DNA of 64,000 nt from the human T2T-CHM13v2.0 reference genome, Homo sapiens. A model generated the notes under the pieces. That model was not told the origin of the DNA and searched no databases. It worked only from the letters and a program-made list of their open reading frames with translations. The position numbers and the translations under genes are program-made. This document shows, piece after piece, positions 1-17,656 of the stretch. The DNA is taken from the NCBI RefSeq assembly GCF_009914755.1, contig NC_060927.1. One strand, given 5' to 3'. Position 1 is the first letter of the stretch; each line of letters starts with the position of its first letter.

Positions 1-184
1 GGGATGCACCCCACATGGCATGGTCCTGGTGGGAGAGAGGGTGAAGGTGGAGACCGACACAGGCTCCAGGCCAACCTGGCTTGGGAGCAACTTGAGAGTT
101 CCTGCTCTGGACAGGGATCTCAGCCACCTTGGGGCAAGTAGTCCATGGAGGCTGGAGGGCCCCAGTTCCAGAGAGTGTGGGCAC

Positions 185-487
185 TTTCTTTTTTGTTGTT
201 TGTTTTTTGTTTTTTGAGATGGAGTTTCCCTCTGTTGCCCAGGCTGGAGTGCAGTGGTGTGATCTTGGTTCCCTATAACCTCCACCTCCTGGGTTCAAGT
301 GATCTCCTGCCTTAGCCTCCTGAGTAGCTGACGGTACAGGAGTGTGCCACCATGTCCAGCTAATTTTAGTAGAGACGGGGTTTCACCATGTTGGCCAGGC
401 TGGTCTCGAACTCCTGACCTCAGGTGATCTGCCCGCCTCAGACTCCCAAAGTGCTGGGATTACAGGTGTGAGCCACTGTGCCCGGCC
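185..487 (-). mobile_element. Alu SINE (AluS-like)
   Basis: Reverse-complement Alu body with T-rich tail at the left end. Confidence 0.95.
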
Positions 488-953
488 CACGTGGGCACTC
501 TCCATCTCCTTAAGGTCTCTGTGTGTGTGTGTGCCCATGCATGTGAGCAAGAGGAGTAGTCTGGGTACACCAAGCCCTCACTCCCTCCTGGGATCAGGAC
601 CACCCCCTACCTTGTATGGTAAACGTACCTGATAGCAATAGCTTAAGCGTACCCGGAGAATGACCCTGTATGGAGGTGCACGTAAATGCGTGTTCTGAGC
701 TAGGGAATGAGGGAGTGGCCAACCCAGAGATTCATTCCTTATCTATGAGGAACATTTGAGCCCCCATCCTGGCCTATGGTACAAGGCCATACAGGGGATT
801 GAAGCCTAAATTTTAGGTTAATTGAAGGTTGCCAGGTGGAGGTCATGGGGAGGGGGTGTTGAGTGAAAATGCTCTATAAACCACATGCTGTTCAAAAGCA
901 GCTGCAGTTCTCCTGTCCAGCCCACTGCCACTGGACGTTCCCCCCGTATGTAA

Positions 954-1272
<319 letters not shown>

Positions 1273-1299
1273 TCCCCATGTCTGATTTGCTAGCTCTGA

Positions 1300-1682
<383 letters not shown>

Positions 1683-2316
1683 TAAATCCAGCCTTAGTGG
1701 TTCCCTTTCCAGCTGCCATTCCAAGGGCCTTAGCACTGCCAGGATGGTTTTCATGCCATGGGCAGTCAGGACCCTGGAATTTGTTAACCTGGGTTGACCT
1801 AGTCTCATGGGGAGGCAGGATCTTGAAAGGGCAAACCTGGGCCAATCTCCCTCTCCCAGAGCTGGGCCTAGCAGCTTGGGCGGGTGTAAGCCCCTTCTGG
1901 TCTCAGTCTTCCTGCCTGTGATGAGGTAGTTGGACTGCGAGAGCCCCTATCCAAGGTACTGCCTTGACCTTGGACAGAGGGAGCCCAGGCAGGAATGTCT
2001 CCTCTTCCCTTTCACCCATCAGTTCACAGCCCCCTGGAAGAGCAGGCCAAGCCAGCCTCTTGAGAGAAGGCAGGAGGCACAAGAGTGCCTTGGGTTTGTT
2101 CTTACTTCTCCAGAGTCAGGCAGCATCTCCTTTTTGGTTCCTCTCCCTAGCCCAGGTAGCCCCAGGGTTTACCCAGCCCACCTGGGCAGCCCAGGAGGCA
2201 GCAGCCCGCCCGAGGCTCCAGTATCCCCTCGGAATTCCTGTGCCGAGGCCATGTTCTCAACAGAAGAGAAGCTTGGGGGTGGTTCTGGAAATTTGGATTT
2301 TATTTATATTATTACT

Positions 2317-2600
2317 CTTTTTTTGAGACAGGGTCTTTCTCTGTCACCCAGGCTGGAGTGCAGTGGCACAAACATGGGGTTCACTGAAGCCTTGACCTCC
2401 TGGGCTCAAGCTATACTCCCTGCTCCCAAGTAGCTGGGACTACAGGCATGCACCACCATGCCTGGCTAGTTGTTTATATTTTTTGTAGAGACGGGCTTTC
2501 GCTAAGTTGCCCAAGCTGATCTCGAACTCCTGAGCTGAAGCCATCCTCCTGCCTTGGCCTCCCAATGTGTTGGGATTACAGGTGTGAGCCACCACGCCCC
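2317..2600 (-). mobile_element. Alu (AluJ-like, diverged)
   Basis: Alu body with gggctcaagc (J-type) and many substitutions. Confidence 0.9.
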
Positions 2601-2717
2601 CGCTGGAATCTAGATTTTAACAAGTCAGCTTGAAGCTGGCAAGCTGGGAGAGTGGATACCCCCAACTCCCTCTTTGCTGATTTCCTGCATGTGGGGGTGC
2701 ATGTGAGCATGCAGGCA

Positions 2718-2735
2718 AACACACACACACATATG

Positions 2736-2767
<32 letters not shown>
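2718..2767. repeat. Compound (CA)n/(CG)n microsatellite
   Basis: acacacac...gcgcgc...acacac run. Confidence 0.9.
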
Positions 2768-3306
2768 GCCAGATCTCCAAGGCCACAGGCAGCCCATATC
2801 ATCTCCAAACCTCGGAAACACTAATGCATTAATGGAAGAGCCACAATGCTCCCGGGTGTGTCTAACAAGCATCTTGTGGCGTCACTGGGCAACCCAAGAG
2901 ACTGACTCTGATGGTAGAATGTCAGGCCATGGGGCCAGTGAGCCTGAATGTCCAGCCGCTAGCATGGGGACTGTGGGTGTGAGAGGGTCAGTTGGGACCC
3001 AGTGGCTCCACAGGTCAGTCCTGAGCCTGAACCACAACCTGTCAAATGTCAACTATGGTTCTGGCTGCCTGGCTGTTTGGGGCTTCCTGAGAGTATCCTC
3101 AGTAGTGGCAGAACAGGACCCTTTCTGTTCCTCTCTGGGACCTCACACCAAATCAGGAGGAGGACAGATCTCCTCCTCTAGCCCTGGAGGCTAGGTCCTT
3201 GGAGGAGATGACTGTCACCTTGAGGAGCCACCCTCCAGGTGTGTGGCCATACTGGTGTGTGTGGCCACCGGCCAGGTGTATACAGCAACCCTCCAGGTGT
3301 GTGTAG

Positions 3307-3798
<492 letters not shown>

Positions 3799-6700
3799 GG
3801 TCATGTGCTTCTTCTTTCTTAGGACCATGACCAATGACACTGACTCCCAGCCTGTCACTCCCTGAGGTCAGGAGCTGAGTTCCATGGTTTCCAAGCCCCA
3901 CGGTCTGGCTAGTTAGGAGCCCAGTTAAGCAGGCTCATGACTCCACCCCAGGCTTCCAGGCTGCAGATGGTGCCAGATAGGGGTGGGTGGTGGGAGCTAG
4001 GGGATTACTCCCAACAATCCATTCTCCTGTGACTCCACCACCAGGGAGAAGGGGCCCAGCCTGGCTTTCTGCCCCCTGGAAAGGTAGGGGTGAAATTATC
4101 CCAGGCTGGATAGTTCCCCACCCCCAACTGCTCTATCCAAGCCCAGCCTCCTCTGTTAACCCCCTCCGGCCACATCCCAAATCCCCAATCCCAGCAGCAG
4201 ACCTCGGTGTTTGCCTGTTGCCATGGTGATGGGATGCACCTTTCTGTTACTATGGCAACCAGCCAGGGGTTTTTAAAATTCAGTTGAGGTAATTTCCACC
4301 CCTCAATCCTCATCTTCAGACACCTCGTTTCTTCTTTCTTCTCTGAATCTTAGAAGGATGGTGGGAGGGGGGCCTGTAGCCACCAGCCAGAGGTGGAGGG
4401 TCAGAGGGGCTGGTGGGAAGACTTGGGCCAATTCCTCCCTGACTCCTCTACCCAGACTAGATCCAGAATAGGACAGCTTCCTCCCCATTCCCTTCCCAGG
4501 CCCTTATCTATGGGGAAAAGATAAGAGCTTCACATCTCTTGGCAGGCAGAGGCCAGCGCACCTGGGAGGTCCAGGTGATGGTGCGGCCAATGTGGCCCTG
4601 TGCCCACGCAGGAGCAGGGAGAGTCAGCAGGGGTCCTCCTGGTCCTCCCCACTGTGTCCCCAGGGCTCATCTGGGGATCTTGGGACACTGGGGATCAGAC
4701 CCTGGGATCTCAGGGCACAGATGTTGTTTATGCTGTGTCCTGGTGCTAAGGAGCTTAGCTCAGTGGAACACCAGGTTGACGGATTTGGACAGAGGGCCTC
4801 TGAGAAGGCTGACGGGAAAGGGGGTGCACACACTGTCCAGTACCTCCCCTCCCCCTGCTGGAGCTCTCAGTCTGTGGGCACCCGCTTCATGAAGTCTAGG
4901 CATTGTAAATTCATGAGGACCAGCACCCCTCCCTGCCCCCACCTGCCTCCTGGCTGGAGAAGAGGAGCTGACAGCCCAGGACAGGCAGGTAGATGCATCC
5001 TGTCTCCCCACCCCACCAGCAAAGCAGGCTGGGACTAGGGGCAATGGAGCCCCAGATGCCATGCACTGCCCAGTCCTCATCTGCAGGTAACTCTTCCCCC
5101 GCTTGACTTGTCTCTAGCAGTCGGATTCTCCCACAAATGGGACCTCCCACAGGGAAGAGGTTTCAAGGAGGGAGGATCTGGGAGAGTCCTGTGGCAGGGA
5201 TGCCTCCCCACCTGCCCCCACCTCTGACCTGGGCATGTTTTCCCTTCCTACCCATCAGTCAGGGAGGGGCCCTTCCATCTCACGATGGACGCTGAGCATT
5301 GCTGTAACTCTGACAGCCCCACACCTGGTTCCCCAAAGCCAAGGACTACAGGGCCATCACATGGGTGTCAGAGCCAAAGGGAAGTCACTTCTTGCCTCCC
5401 TGTCCCTTAGACACACGGGCCAAGACCCTATAGCTACAGCCCTTCTGGGGTACAGATGAGCCAGCAAACCTTGAGAGGCGACAGAGAACCCCTGGGTGAG
5501 GCCCTGCCCACCTCCCACTCCTCCTTGCCCAAGGCAGGGATGTCCCAGAGACCAGATGATTTGTTTGGGGTAAGCATTGTCCTCCCCAGTCTCTTTTACA
5601 GAACAACAGCCCCGGAGTCCACTCCACCTGGGGAAGGGGGTCCCTACTGCCTGCCCACCGAGGCCCCACAAGGCCATCACAAGGGTCCACAAGTGCCTGA
5701 ACACCTGGGTCTGCAGCCCCCCCACGTGCAGGATAGTAAAGTCTGTGTTTGACACTTTTCATGAGTTATTATTCCCACCAGCCCTGTAGGCTCCACCAGC
5801 CCAGACAAAGCCACAAGGTTCTCCATGGTAGGCAGCGTTAATTCTTTTCTGTCCTGCTGCCAGCTGGTGGGAAGGGTGAGGGAGGAGGGGTTACTGGGAC
5901 CCCTGGTAGGAAGGTGGTGGGGCCCAGAGCTGGGGCAAGGATGGAGGAGTGCTGTGCCAACCCACCCACCACCACCTGCCCACTGTTCTTTCTACCCCTG
6001 CTCCTCCCAAGCTCCCAAACCAGAGAAGCCCCAGGCTAGGGCTGGGGAGGAGGGAGCCCAGCCCAAGCCATAGGTGAGTGTGGGGATGTCCCATGTAGGG
6101 AACCCTAGTCCTGAGCTTTCCCTCCCCTCTCAGCAAGGGGTCCAGCAGCTGGGCAAGCAGAGGGGGATGCTTATCTCCCAGGTCCCTCATAACCTTCTTG
6201 GGTTGCGGAACCCAAGGAAGGCCAGACTCCCTTCTTCCCCCAGCAATCTGTGGCTCCCCGGCTCTCCACAGAGCTCCCAATATCACGGAGCTGATCCTGA
6301 GCCCCACTACAGCTCCCCCAAGGCCTCCATGCTTGAGACCCTATGGCTGAAGTCCTGGGGGTCAGGGGTGCTGGGGGTTTGTCATGTGAGCAGCAGGCAT
6401 CTGGTCAACCCCTCTCAGTGTGGCTGGCTTGTGCTTGGCATCAGCTAAAGCAACAGCTAGCTGGGGCAGGCCCTCCAAGAAAGTTGGCTGGCCCTGGCAG
6501 GCTTGTGCAGCACTGGAGACCCTGTCCAGTCAGACAAGGAGTGCAAGTGAGAGAGAGACCAGAAGGGCGCAGGGCTGATGCAAGCCCCTCTGCTGGGGCA
6601 GGACAGAGGTCAGCAGGGTGGGAATGGAGGCAGCTCCATCCCGAACACCTGATGGCTTAGGTTCTGGCACGGCCTAGACTCCTGGCACCGTTTTTCCTTT

Positions 6701-9700
6701 AGGGTCAGAGCCAGCAACCTGCCCCCCACATCTTATGTATCCATATCATGCAGGTGGCGGGCCTCAAATTCCACCAGGCCAGTGTTCCTAGACTAGCCAA
6801 GAATTCAACATCAAGAAACTTGAATTGCTCTGTCTTAGTGGAGCAGGGTCCCTGGGGCTCCAGGATCAGGTATCAAGGCCCAGAAGTCTTCCTCCCAAGG
6901 AAGCACTTAAAAAAGAAGTGGAGGAAGGGCCCATGCTGTTTATAGCCTGTGTGATGTGCCAGCCCAAACCCAGGACATATGGCCTTGTTCTTGGGGCAGC
7001 CTCCTGCCAGTCAAGACATGAACATCCCAGCTTTAGAGCTGGGAAACTCAAAGGTTCAGAGAGGACGGGAGATTTGTCCAAAATCCCACAGCTCATTATC
7101 TCCCCAGCCTGGGAGCTGGACAGTGGGGCCAGGCGGCATTGCCTAACCAGGGCACAGGGAGGAGGCACTGATTCAGGTCGCCAAGGCAGGGCTCTCCACC
7201 AGCACAGGGGGGTAGAATGGGCCTCCTGGTAGGGAGTGAGGGCCCAGTTCCTGCGGCATGGAGCTGAGGCTTTCAGGGGATCTGTCAGCGTGGGTAGGGG
7301 TGGTTGCTGAGGGGTGGGGTATATATGCTGTACTGTTAGCTGCTTAGGTGACCCCGGCACACAGACAAAGAGGAGACCAGAGTTGGGAGTATGGGGGGTA
7401 CTTGGGGGGCATTGAGGTGGTCCCCGCTGCTGGCTGACGGGGCTGAAGATGAGCAGCTGAGGAGGCCCTCCTAGCACATCTGACAATACTGTGCTCCCTG
7501 AACCTCCGGAAGCAACCCTGGTGTCAACAGCCCACCTTGGTCTCTTGAAACATTGACAGGCCACCCATCCCAGGTCTCTCAGGTGCCTCTTTCCTTGCTC
7601 CCAGTCCTGTCTTCCAGAAAGATTCTGAGCTCCCTGTAGGCAGAAACCATATCTGGCTCATGTCCACCACCCACCCCCTCTCCCTGACCCCCCTACCCTG
7701 GGGCCTGGGAAAGGGAGGGGCACACAGGCTGTTCTGTGAGGCAGTGAGTGAGTTTTCCGTAGAGCTTTGGAAATGTACCTTGTGGTCGTCACTAGGTCAG
7801 GTGACTGAGCTTTTACCCAGGGTTGCCAGAATCTGGGGACCAAATGTGACTGAGCCAGAGATGGTGGCCGTCCTCCCAGAGCTGAGTCTCCTGGAAAAGG
7901 AGGAAAAAGCAGATAAAGAGTGGTCCGACCTGTGATGGGGCCACAGGAGTTGTGAGATACAAGGGAGGGGCTGGGGGCTTTGAGGAGAAGTCCCTGAGCT
8001 GAGCTAGCTGGGTCCAGGGGTCTCCAACTGCAGCCCAGAGCAGGAAGCTATATGAGGACCTGGGAGGAGCCCCTTATGGCTGAAGGGGTCTATTCAGGCT
8101 TTCTCTGAGAGCTGGTCTCAGGGGAAGAGGATGAAAGGGAGCTCTGAGCAGAGGTTCTGGGGGAACTCCCTGTCCACCACGGACAGCCTAGGGACATGCA
8201 GCCGGGATGTGGCAAAGGCAGGGCCCTGGGTCACTGCCTGTCAGGAATCTGAAGCACAGGCCAGCTCAAATCTCACTGGCAGCAGGCTCCACACATCTCC
8301 CTGGAGACTGAGAATGCAACCAGGGAGTGATCAGAGGACATTCAGGCCAGGAACATTGGAGGTGCAGACTCAGGGGGTACTTGTCACCTCAGCCTGGTCT
8401 GAACTCAGCTGTGTCACTTCCCAGCAGGCACCCCATTCCCAGGGACTGGATTATCTTCCCCCAGGGCCTGCTGGGGTGGCCCCGGATGCCCTAGCCCGGC
8501 ATACACCTGCCCCACTGCCTACTCCTCCCAGACACAGTGTCAGTTCCCTCACATCTGGGCAGGGGAAGCCTGCTTTTCAACAGCTGCCAAAACAGACCCA
8601 GCCTCCTTCTTTGGAAACTGTCTGCCCAGCTCAGGCTGCCTGAAGTGACCGTGGGGCTGGGGCCCTCAGTGGGGTGGGATTGGGGAAGGTGAGGGAGGAA
8701 GCCCCTCAGCCCTGCTCTGGAGCTCGCATGAGCTCCGCAGCTGTCCATTGCCCCAATCTTGCCTGATGACCACATGGACCTCTGAGCCCCCAGCCTCATG
8801 GCTGACCACTGCCTGCCCGCATTCAGCCAGGCTGAGGTTCTCTTGGGCCTTCCCCAGACAACCTGTCTCCTTTTCTGGCCTTTGCTTCCCTTCAGAGACT
8901 CTTCCCACGGCCCTGCATTCCCCACCACCACACCGGCTGAGCCGAGCTGTCTTTCCCAGTGTCCCAGTGCCCACCCCCACCCCTATGGCAAGGACAGGCT
9001 CTCACACCAGGGGTGCACCATAAGCATCGTCACCCCTGGCCATGACTCTCCAGGACAGGTGCTCTCAGGGATGATGCCTGACCACCTGGGACCAGCTGTG
9101 CTCCCTCCTGCTCCTCCAGCCCTGGCTCCAGTCCCCTTGGCTTTACCAGGCTCTGAAGGCCTGACCTAGACTCAGGCGCCCATCTGAGGCCCACACAGCC
9201 CAGCTGTGCCTGCCCTCGCCCACCTGGAGAAAGAAGGGGCTGGCATATCTTCTTTCCCCACTCCCCTCACATCTGGAATTGGCCTTGTTAGGGGGCCCTG
9301 TGATGGGGAGAGGAGGGAGGGAAGCCTGGCTAGGTCTCAGAGCTCTCTCAGCTGAGAAGTGGGGATGATTGTCCCCCCAGTCTATGGAGTGTGGGGCTGC
9401 TGTGGACAATGGGATCTGGGCCTCTGCTGGGAGGTGTTGACCTCAATGCCTCTCTCCCTGCCTGACTTCAGTGCTCTCTGTATCCTGATGGAGACTTTCT
9501 GACAGCGCAGGGGGTGGGTTGTGGGGTCCTGCTGCCTGTAGAGCTGTGTGTGAGCTCCTCAATGGCCCAAGGGTACACAGGGGTCTCTGACTGTACCCTT
9601 CCTCTTAGACCTTGTGCCAGTGGGGAGTGAGAGTGTACCAGCCCCTCCCTCTGGGCACTCCAAAATGCACCCCTTGGAGAGAGAGTACACCCCTCAAAGT

Positions 9701-12597
9701 TCATTTCCCATTTCCTGTGAGTCAGGTCTCAACCTGACAGGCATCCTCTCTCACCTCCCAATCACCATTTCCTTCCACCCTTTCCCCCTTTCCCCCACTT
9801 AATCAGAATCTGCCCCCACCCCCACAGAGTGACTTCCCCTCCTGGCTCCTCATTCCCCCTGCAGTGGGGAGGGGCCAACATCCCCAGCTCCCTGCCTCCC
9901 TGCAGACCCTGTCTTCTCCCCTCTGCCCTTCAGGGAGCCCTACCCCATCCTGAAGTACTCCACCTTTCTGAGTCCCCTCTCCAACCTGGGGTTCAGTGTC
10001 CCAGGGACCCCACCCCCAGCAAACTTGGCTCCTTTCAGCTCCCCTCCCTTGCGGGCAGAGGCAGGGCGTTCAAGCCCATTTAATCTTGGCAGAATGCAAT
10101 TTCCTGCTTCAGGGAGCTGGCGGGTTTAGGAGGCTTAATGAGGGGGGAGGGGGAGACAGGGAAGAAGAGAGGCTGAGACGGGGCTGGGAGATGGAGATGG
10201 AGAGTCCCTGAGAGGGGTGGTTGAGGAAGTCTCGGGGATGCGTGTCTTTGGGGGTCACCCTGGGGTCCTTGGGATCACACAGGGGTCAGCTCTTCTGTGT
10301 CAGCCTCTCACTGGTAGGTCAGGGGCCCCTGGGCGAACCTCCCAGCCCCAACTCTGTGGGGTGTGAATAGGGGGAGGGGAAGGGGCGTCAAAGTGGCTCA
10401 CTGTCATCAAGAAGAGGGCCGGGGGTAATGAGATACGTGCCTGTGTGCACGGACAGGCAGGGGGACATGCACCTCTACGGCCAAGGGGGTGAGAGGTGCA
10501 GGTCCCAGTGCGAAGGCTGGGGAGGGGTCCTGGGGAAAATGTGCAGCTGGAGGTGCTGGGTGGACTGGACACTTTGGGTGGGTCCCACGGCAGGACAGAG
10601 GGTGTAGCTGTAACTGGCAGCCCCAAGCCCCCCAGGTGGTAGAATGGGCAGCCAGGCTGGAATTTCAGCCCCAAATGGGATGCTTATCTGTATGCTGCCA
10701 CCAAGGAGGCAGAGACGATAAAGGACAAAGGGGCCTCTGGGCTGCTGGAAGCCCCACACCTGGTGGGGGCGGGGTAGCCAAGAGCCCTGCCTAACACCTG
10801 GAGCACAGACAGCTCCTGGGGGAGATTGGAGCCCCTGCCTACAACCCACCTGACCCCCTGACGGCACCCCTACCGCTCTATCCCCCAAACTGGCTCAGCA
10901 GATCTGTTCCCAGAGAAGCCCTTAGAGGAGCCGCAGCCCATCGGGGCAGGGAATCCCCAGGCAGGGCTTGGGGGAGGGTTAGGGATGGCCCAGGACCATC
11001 CCTGAGCCCACTCCTCCTTCTAGGAGTGCTCATTCATGGGGGCCTGGGAGAAAGGCTGGTGAGGACCCTGGGAGGCTGAAGCCCTCAGCTCCTTGGTACC
11101 TTGGGCACAGCCTTCTCCCTCAGTATCTGGGCCTCAGTATCTTATGAATTAGGGCACTAGGGCAGGGACTCTGAGGAGTAAACCCTGCCCCCTTGGAAGC
11201 AGACAGGCCCTGCCCCTGTACAAGGACCCTCCATGGGTGTGCTTGGATGGCAGCCAGGAGTGCAGAGGAGGATGCTGGGAAACTGGGGAGGGCAGAAGGT
11301 ATGAGAGGGACCTGGCCTATGGCCTCGTGCCCTCGTAGAAGCCTCAAGGCGCACCCGTTTGCCACCCCTCCTGAAAGCAGCTTGTCCTACAGATGGGTTG
11401 TCCCATCCCTCGGGGAAGGATGGGTCTCATTCGACCAACAGAGTCCTCACAGAGGCAGCAAAGGCCCCCCAGGCTGGCAGTCTCCAGCAGTGCCCAGCCC
11501 CAGCCCCTGGTTCCGTGCAGCTCTGCTTCCTGGGGCCAGCTGAGCCTGCCCACCTAGCCTAGGCACCTCCGGCTGGGTCCTCCCCAAGGACTGTTCGAGG
11601 GCCCACGTCTGCCTTCACTCTGCTGCTCTGCTGCTCCGTCCAGGCCCCCCTGGCCCTTGGAAGAGCCAGCCCAGGTGAAGCTCATGTGCCACTGCCGCTG
11701 CCCTCACCCTATCACCCATCGCTAGGAGGTTGTGAAGCTGCCTGAGTCCTGCCCCAGACAGCACCACACTCTGGCCTCCAGGACACACCATGGCAGGGCA
11801 TGCCTCCAGGCTCTCCCACCACTGTTCACTCATCCTTCAGGACAGGATATCTGTGATGCGTCCTTTAAGGCCCAGCAGCAGTGTCACCTCCTCTAGGCAG
11901 CCTTCCTTCAGTCACCCTCTCAGCCCCAGGGCACCCTCTGCACCCCGTCACCCGGACACCTCCCTGCTGACCTGGGGCTTCATCTTCTTGCCCTACAGCT
12001 CCTGGTGCATAATTGTTTACAGGAACTGTGGGCTGGGTGTTGGGGTCAGAGCCAGAGTGGGAGAGCCAGAGTGGGGCTGTCCTATTTAAGGAAGGAGAGA
12101 GGTGGGGGCCCAGGAGACCCAGGTGGCCTGCCATTCCCCTGACAACCCACGTGCTGGTCCCTCCTCCACCCGCCCTGGTCCTGCGGAGGACAGTAATGTT
12201 GTCTTTGCCTGTGGAGGCTCCGGTGGGTGTAACGTGTGTGCTAGGTGGGCCACCATGCAGGCCTGGATGCCCAAAGATCAGAAGCAATGGCAGAAGACAG
12301 GGTCAAGGCTGGGCAGTTGAGGACTGCCCCAACCTGAGTGGACCCTTCGGTTGGATGAGAAGATAAATGCGCCCCCACTCTCTCCTGGGGCCGCAACAGA
12401 GCAATTCCACAGTCTCTTGTGCCCCAGTGATGGCGTCTACGTCTCCCTGTCATCTACCGGGGAGGGCTGATAAGTCATAACAAAGGTGACTCAGGGAGCC
12501 TGCGCCCTACACACTAGATGCTGCTCCGGCAATCTGTGCTCGGTGGCTAGTTTGATCCTTTCGGCACCCTGTGAGGAAGAAACTTGCTCTCATTTAA

Positions 12598-14228
<1,631 letters not shown>

Positions 14229-14231
14229 TGA

Positions 14232-14897
<666 letters not shown>

Positions 14898-15238
14898 TTA
14901 GGCTCCACACTTCTGAGAGGCTCAGGTTTCCCTAGATGCCAGGCCCTTTTCTGCCTGGAGTCTATCTCCCAGCCCTTACAGGACCTCTCCAAGGTGTGGG
15001 GTCTGGGTGGAGCCCGGGTCCTTAGGCATTCAAATTCCCCTAACTCTAGGCCATCAAAATCTCCCCTTCTGCCTTTCTGAGGTGGCTCCCATCTCTCAGC
15101 TCTAGGCCTGTAGGCCTTGCCTACCACTATTCCAAGACAATTTTGTTGAAATTTCAGGCCAAATTGGGGTGGAGAAATCAGTCTCTGTGGCTGGTGCCAA
15201 CACAGGGTTGGGAGGACATGAGGTTGCAGAATGAATGA

Positions 15239-15548
<310 letters not shown>

Positions 15549-17005
15549 ATGAATGAATGACATATGACCAAGACACAGTGCATTTGAACCAGGCCAGAAG
15601 GACCAGGAGAACCCCGCTAGGGAGACAGGGAAAGGCATTCCTGGTGGGAGAATAGCCTAGGCAAAGGCTTGAGGGCAACATGATAGAAGACATGATGAGG
15701 GGTGGCCCTTCAGAAACCATAGAGTGACCTGAGGGCCTCCAGGCCCTGAGGTTTGCCTGGGAGCCCCTCCAGAGATCCCCCTGCTGCCTCTGCCTCGGCC
15801 ACAAAGCAGGCCAACTGTGCTTTGCTTGTTCTGACTCCGACCTTCCACGCAGACCTTTCAGGGCCCCTGTCTCCCTATCTGTCAAGTGGTATCTTTGTCT
15901 GCAGTCTGGCCTGTACCGGGTGAGGGTCTCTGCCTGGGAAGATGTGGAGGCCTCATCCTGGGCCTGTGGGGACAGCATGGGTAGGGTTGGGTTCTCTAGA
16001 GTCTAGGACCCACAGCCACGCAGTCCCATCTTTCTTGGCGGGGGGTGTCCTTGATCAGTAGGTGACAAAGGGAGCAGGAACTGACACCTGTCCAGACAGC
16101 TGGGAGCTCCAAGATTCCCCCCACAATAAGCCCCATTGTGAGAAAACTCTAGGAGCAGCTAGGGGGATGTTCAGGGATTCAACACAGAATTTCCTCTAAA
16201 CTCTGGCTGGTGGCAGGGCTCACATGTCTTGTGTCCCCACCTCAGCCCAGCCCACATGTTTTCCTCTTCCCTACCTGAAAGCCACAGGGTGGTAAGGGTC
16301 CAGCCTGGACACCGAGCCAGAGATCTAAGCAGGCCAAGGCCCCAGCACTGGGTCCCCTCTCTGAGCAACTAAAACTCCAGCAAGAAACACCCATGTTGTT
16401 GAGAGAATAGGCCCCAGCCAGCACTACCCGGCCCCTCTCTGGAGAACTGGGCCCCCATAGCATAGCCTAGGCCCAACCAGACCCCTGGCTGGGAAACGTG
16501 GGTTTCCTGAGGCTATGGTCAACCTAGGGCCTTGGGGTGCTGCCTAAGGTCCCATCTTTGGCCCCCCCAGCAGGTTATGACCCCTCTTGGTCTGGGGTCC
16601 ATATGTCCTTGGCTATAGAGGGTACTGACCGCTGGGCACACTCAGCTGGTGGGGCAGCTGGGGCAAGGGAAGGGTGAAGCCTCAGGCAGTCCAGGGAGGG
16701 AAGCTGGGGCTGAGCAGGTGATCTGTGGGACCTGTCCCTCAGGGGAATCTGGGAGTGGCAGACCAACCCTGGCCTGGCTCCACCCTCAAATCCAAGCACT
16801 GAGACTGGGGGGTTAACACAGCGGGGGTGAATTTCCTCCTGGTTCCAGCCAGTCAGATTTCCACATGCCTCCCCTTCCCTGGGCAGGAGCCGGGCGCACA
16901 GAGAGAAGAGGAGCACTGAGGACTGCAGAGGGGAGTGGGGTGGGAAGAGGCTAGGCAACCCGCGGAGGAAGATGGTCCTGGGGGTGCTTTAAAAAAAGAC
17001 AAGGC

Positions 17006-17656
<651 letters not shown>

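Noticed and set aside
12082-12092. CArG box CCTATTTAAGG
   Set aside because: Has seven A/T bases rather than the six required for SRF
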